Assembly: GCF_001194135.2 (NCBI RefSeq)
Contig: NC_068998.1
Location: forward strand, 31,866,429-31,899,387
Direction of reading: 5' to 3'
DNA: 32,959 bases
Source: Octopus bimaculoides
Lineage: Eukaryota
Made by a program: the position numbers and the translations under genes. Under the pieces are notes generated by a model. It ran no database searches, was not told the DNA's origin, and saw nothing but the letters and a program-made list of their open reading frames with translations. Shown here in pieces: positions 31,475 to 32,959 of the stretch (positions are counted from its first letter, which is position 1; the number at the start of each line of letters is the position of its first letter).

Positions 31475-32696
31475 CGCAGGTTTACACCCTTTCTCCTATC
31501 AGCTAATCATAGTGCATCTAAAATGTCATTCCAGTCTTCCTATAGTACTAAAGAATATGACTAAAAGCATTTTCAGAATTAATTTAGGCATCTCAAGAAA
31601 CTTAATCAGTTTTCCCTGGGTAAGTATTATTGGCCTCTAGTCCCTGCTATTTATGTCCTGCACTCCTGATTTGTAAAAGTTCAGGAAAATCATCTGAATC
31701 TTGAGATCCAAATTGTTTTGAAACTACACAGTCACTACTCCCATATAACAAAAATTCTGTGATAAATAATCACAATAAAATATTTTGGGGAAGGTAGTCA
31801 AGAACTTGAAAATCTTGAGTTACAAGCTATGGTTATGATTTCAAACCTAGTCTAAGGAATTATAATGTATATGTAGGGATAGCTGAAGATGATTAATGAT
31901 TGGGTTGAGAAGCACATAATGTTCAGCACAAACTAATAAAAATTAAATTATCACTAAAAATGCATCATATCAATAATGTAGATATTATTTTAACCTTTCA
32001 GTGGAGGGTAAATGTCTTTGAATCCAGCTTGTTACACTCCTTGTTAAATTGTTGGTTTTCTTTCAATGTTTAACCTCTTATTGATCAATGACATTGCTCA
32101 CCTTGCTAACCTTATTTGAGATGCTTCCAATAACAAAGCACAAACATACAGACATACATCCATAGCTATAATAATATCTAGTATACTGCCAAAAAGCATC
32201 TAAACAACACCTCTTAGCAAAATAAGTAAATGACTTGTAACAGAAAAATATCTTACTTTAAAAGATTAATTGGATTTAAAAGAAAAAAGTCCATACCAAC
32301 TACATAAACAAATCTAACAGCACCAACAATATCACGTAAGAAGGTAAAAAAACTGTCACTCTCATAAACCATCATATAATTACACGCCTTTACCTTATCT
32401 CTCTCCCTCTCTTGGGATACTAAACAAGGTCTCTTATTTCTCGTAACAATTTCTAAGGTGGTGATGATTCATAAAAGATTGCATGAGGTTAAACTTACAT
32501 AATCATTACTGAAATACTTGAAAAATGTTGTATGTAAATAATTTCAAACTATGTATCCTTACTCTCTGAATATTACAGCAAGCTGAGCTGTGACATGAAT
32601 TTTGTTATAACATGGATTTTCTTTCTTCTGAGACATCTTTTACAGTGTCTAACTGAACAAAATGAATAATGTCATGGACTTTAATGAGCACATTAT

Positions 32697-32780
32697 CTAA
32701 CTATCTATCTATCTATCTATCTACCCCCCTCTCTCTCTCTCTTTATCTATCTATCTATATATCTATATATATATATATAT
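32697..32780. repeat. Compound (TATC)n/(CT)n/(TA)n microsatellite
   Basis: Directly visible. Confidence 0.92.
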
Positions 32781-32959
32781 AGGAGATTGAAAAATAATAT
32801 TAAGGTAGAATGCTAAACTGAAAGCATATTTTAATATAGATGTGTAAAAAGGATTTCTAACCTGCTTTCATTGCATGGCAAATTTTCAAGAAGAAGGAGA
32901 ATGAAAATGTTTTTTTTACAAAAAAGTAAAAAATAATATATAAAAAAATAAATATACCA

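Noticed and set aside
32390-32660. Minus-strand exon candidates with GTAAG/GTAAA donors
   Set aside because: Stops occur in all frames between the candidate splice sites.

Overview
Eukaryotic, AT-rich, microsatellite-rich DNA with six assembly gaps. The SINE and (TA/TG/AAT)n landscape suggests a coleoid cephalopod (Octopus-like); this is an inference. I found no intact host gene, rRNA, CRISPR array or functional tRNA. The window is mostly stacked, decayed mobile DNA. (1) A three-tier nest at 337-5704: an R4/Dong-like RLE retroelement is split by a full-length Ty3/Gypsy (Mag-like) LTR element, which is itself interrupted by a 410-bp solo-LTR-like insert. (2) Many tRNA-derived SINEs, including a four-copy array and module-swapped families. 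(3) A decayed Chapaev3-like transposase gene with a MITE inside it, plus a second fragment. (4) RTE, Penelope-like, Tc1/mariner and L1/Tx1 relics and a second R4/Dong-like fragment. The most unusual zone is 14.6-21.2 kb: two hammerhead-ribozyme-like motifs on the minus strand (one with a U3-A8 covariant core), three fold-back inverted repeats and a Penelope-like RT fragment. All family assignments come from hand translation and remembered motifs, not database searches. Boundaries are approximate unless stated.
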